Assembly: GCA_973895155.1 (NCBI GenBank)
Contig: OZ316896.1
Location: 17,472,754 to 17,536,753, forward strand
Length of the DNA: 64,000 bases
Direction of reading: 5' to 3'
Source of the DNA: Marsupella aquatica
Taxonomy: Eukaryota > Plantae > Marchantiophyta
Numbering within the stretch: position 1 is the stretch's first letter; every line of letters starts with the position of its first letter. This document shows positions 63,978-64,000 of the stretch, in pieces. The notes under the pieces are model-generated. The model had not been told where the DNA came from. It searched no databases and saw nothing but the letters and a program-made list of their open reading frames with translations. The translations under genes were made by a program, and so were the position numbers.

Positions 63978-64000
63978 CTAAATTGAAAAATAAACTATTG

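Larger units (their letters stand above)
62307..64000 (-). mobile_element. CACTA (En/Spm) DNA transposon terminus; the element continues beyond the window
   Basis: Begins CACTAGTGGAAAA, followed by dense subterminal AATGAC/GTCATT motifs in both orientations and then a TnpA-like ORF end. Confidence 0.8.

Overview
Eukaryotic land-plant genomic DNA; gene families and intron style suggest a non-seed plant, probably a liverwort (inference). The left 39 kb holds host genes: a 3-exon EPFL peptide gene (+), a 6-exon farnesol/phytol kinase (-), a 23-coding-exon PRMT5 (+), and two tandem F-box/kelch-like paralogs (-), one of them frameshifted by a 20-bp duplication. It also has a Copia solo LTR and a ~70-bp mitochondrial rrn26 fragment. 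The right 25 kb is a nested TE cluster. A Copia element (-, TSD AGGCA) contains a 297-bp MITE and a Gypsy element (+). That Gypsy contains a very young non-autonomous LTR element (TSD CGCCC, tRNA-Asp PBS). The end of a CACTA element follows. Most notable observations: (1) two back-to-back, mutually homologous ~80-aa ORFs inside the Gypsy LTRs, one carrying a DLNxxP EAR-like motif; (2) arrays of GACGC-N8-GCGTC palindromes in the young non-autonomous element, which encodes an unknown protein plus a protease but no RT or integrase; (3) a candidate -1 ribosomal frameshift signal between gag-pro and pol. All alignments and counts were made by eye.
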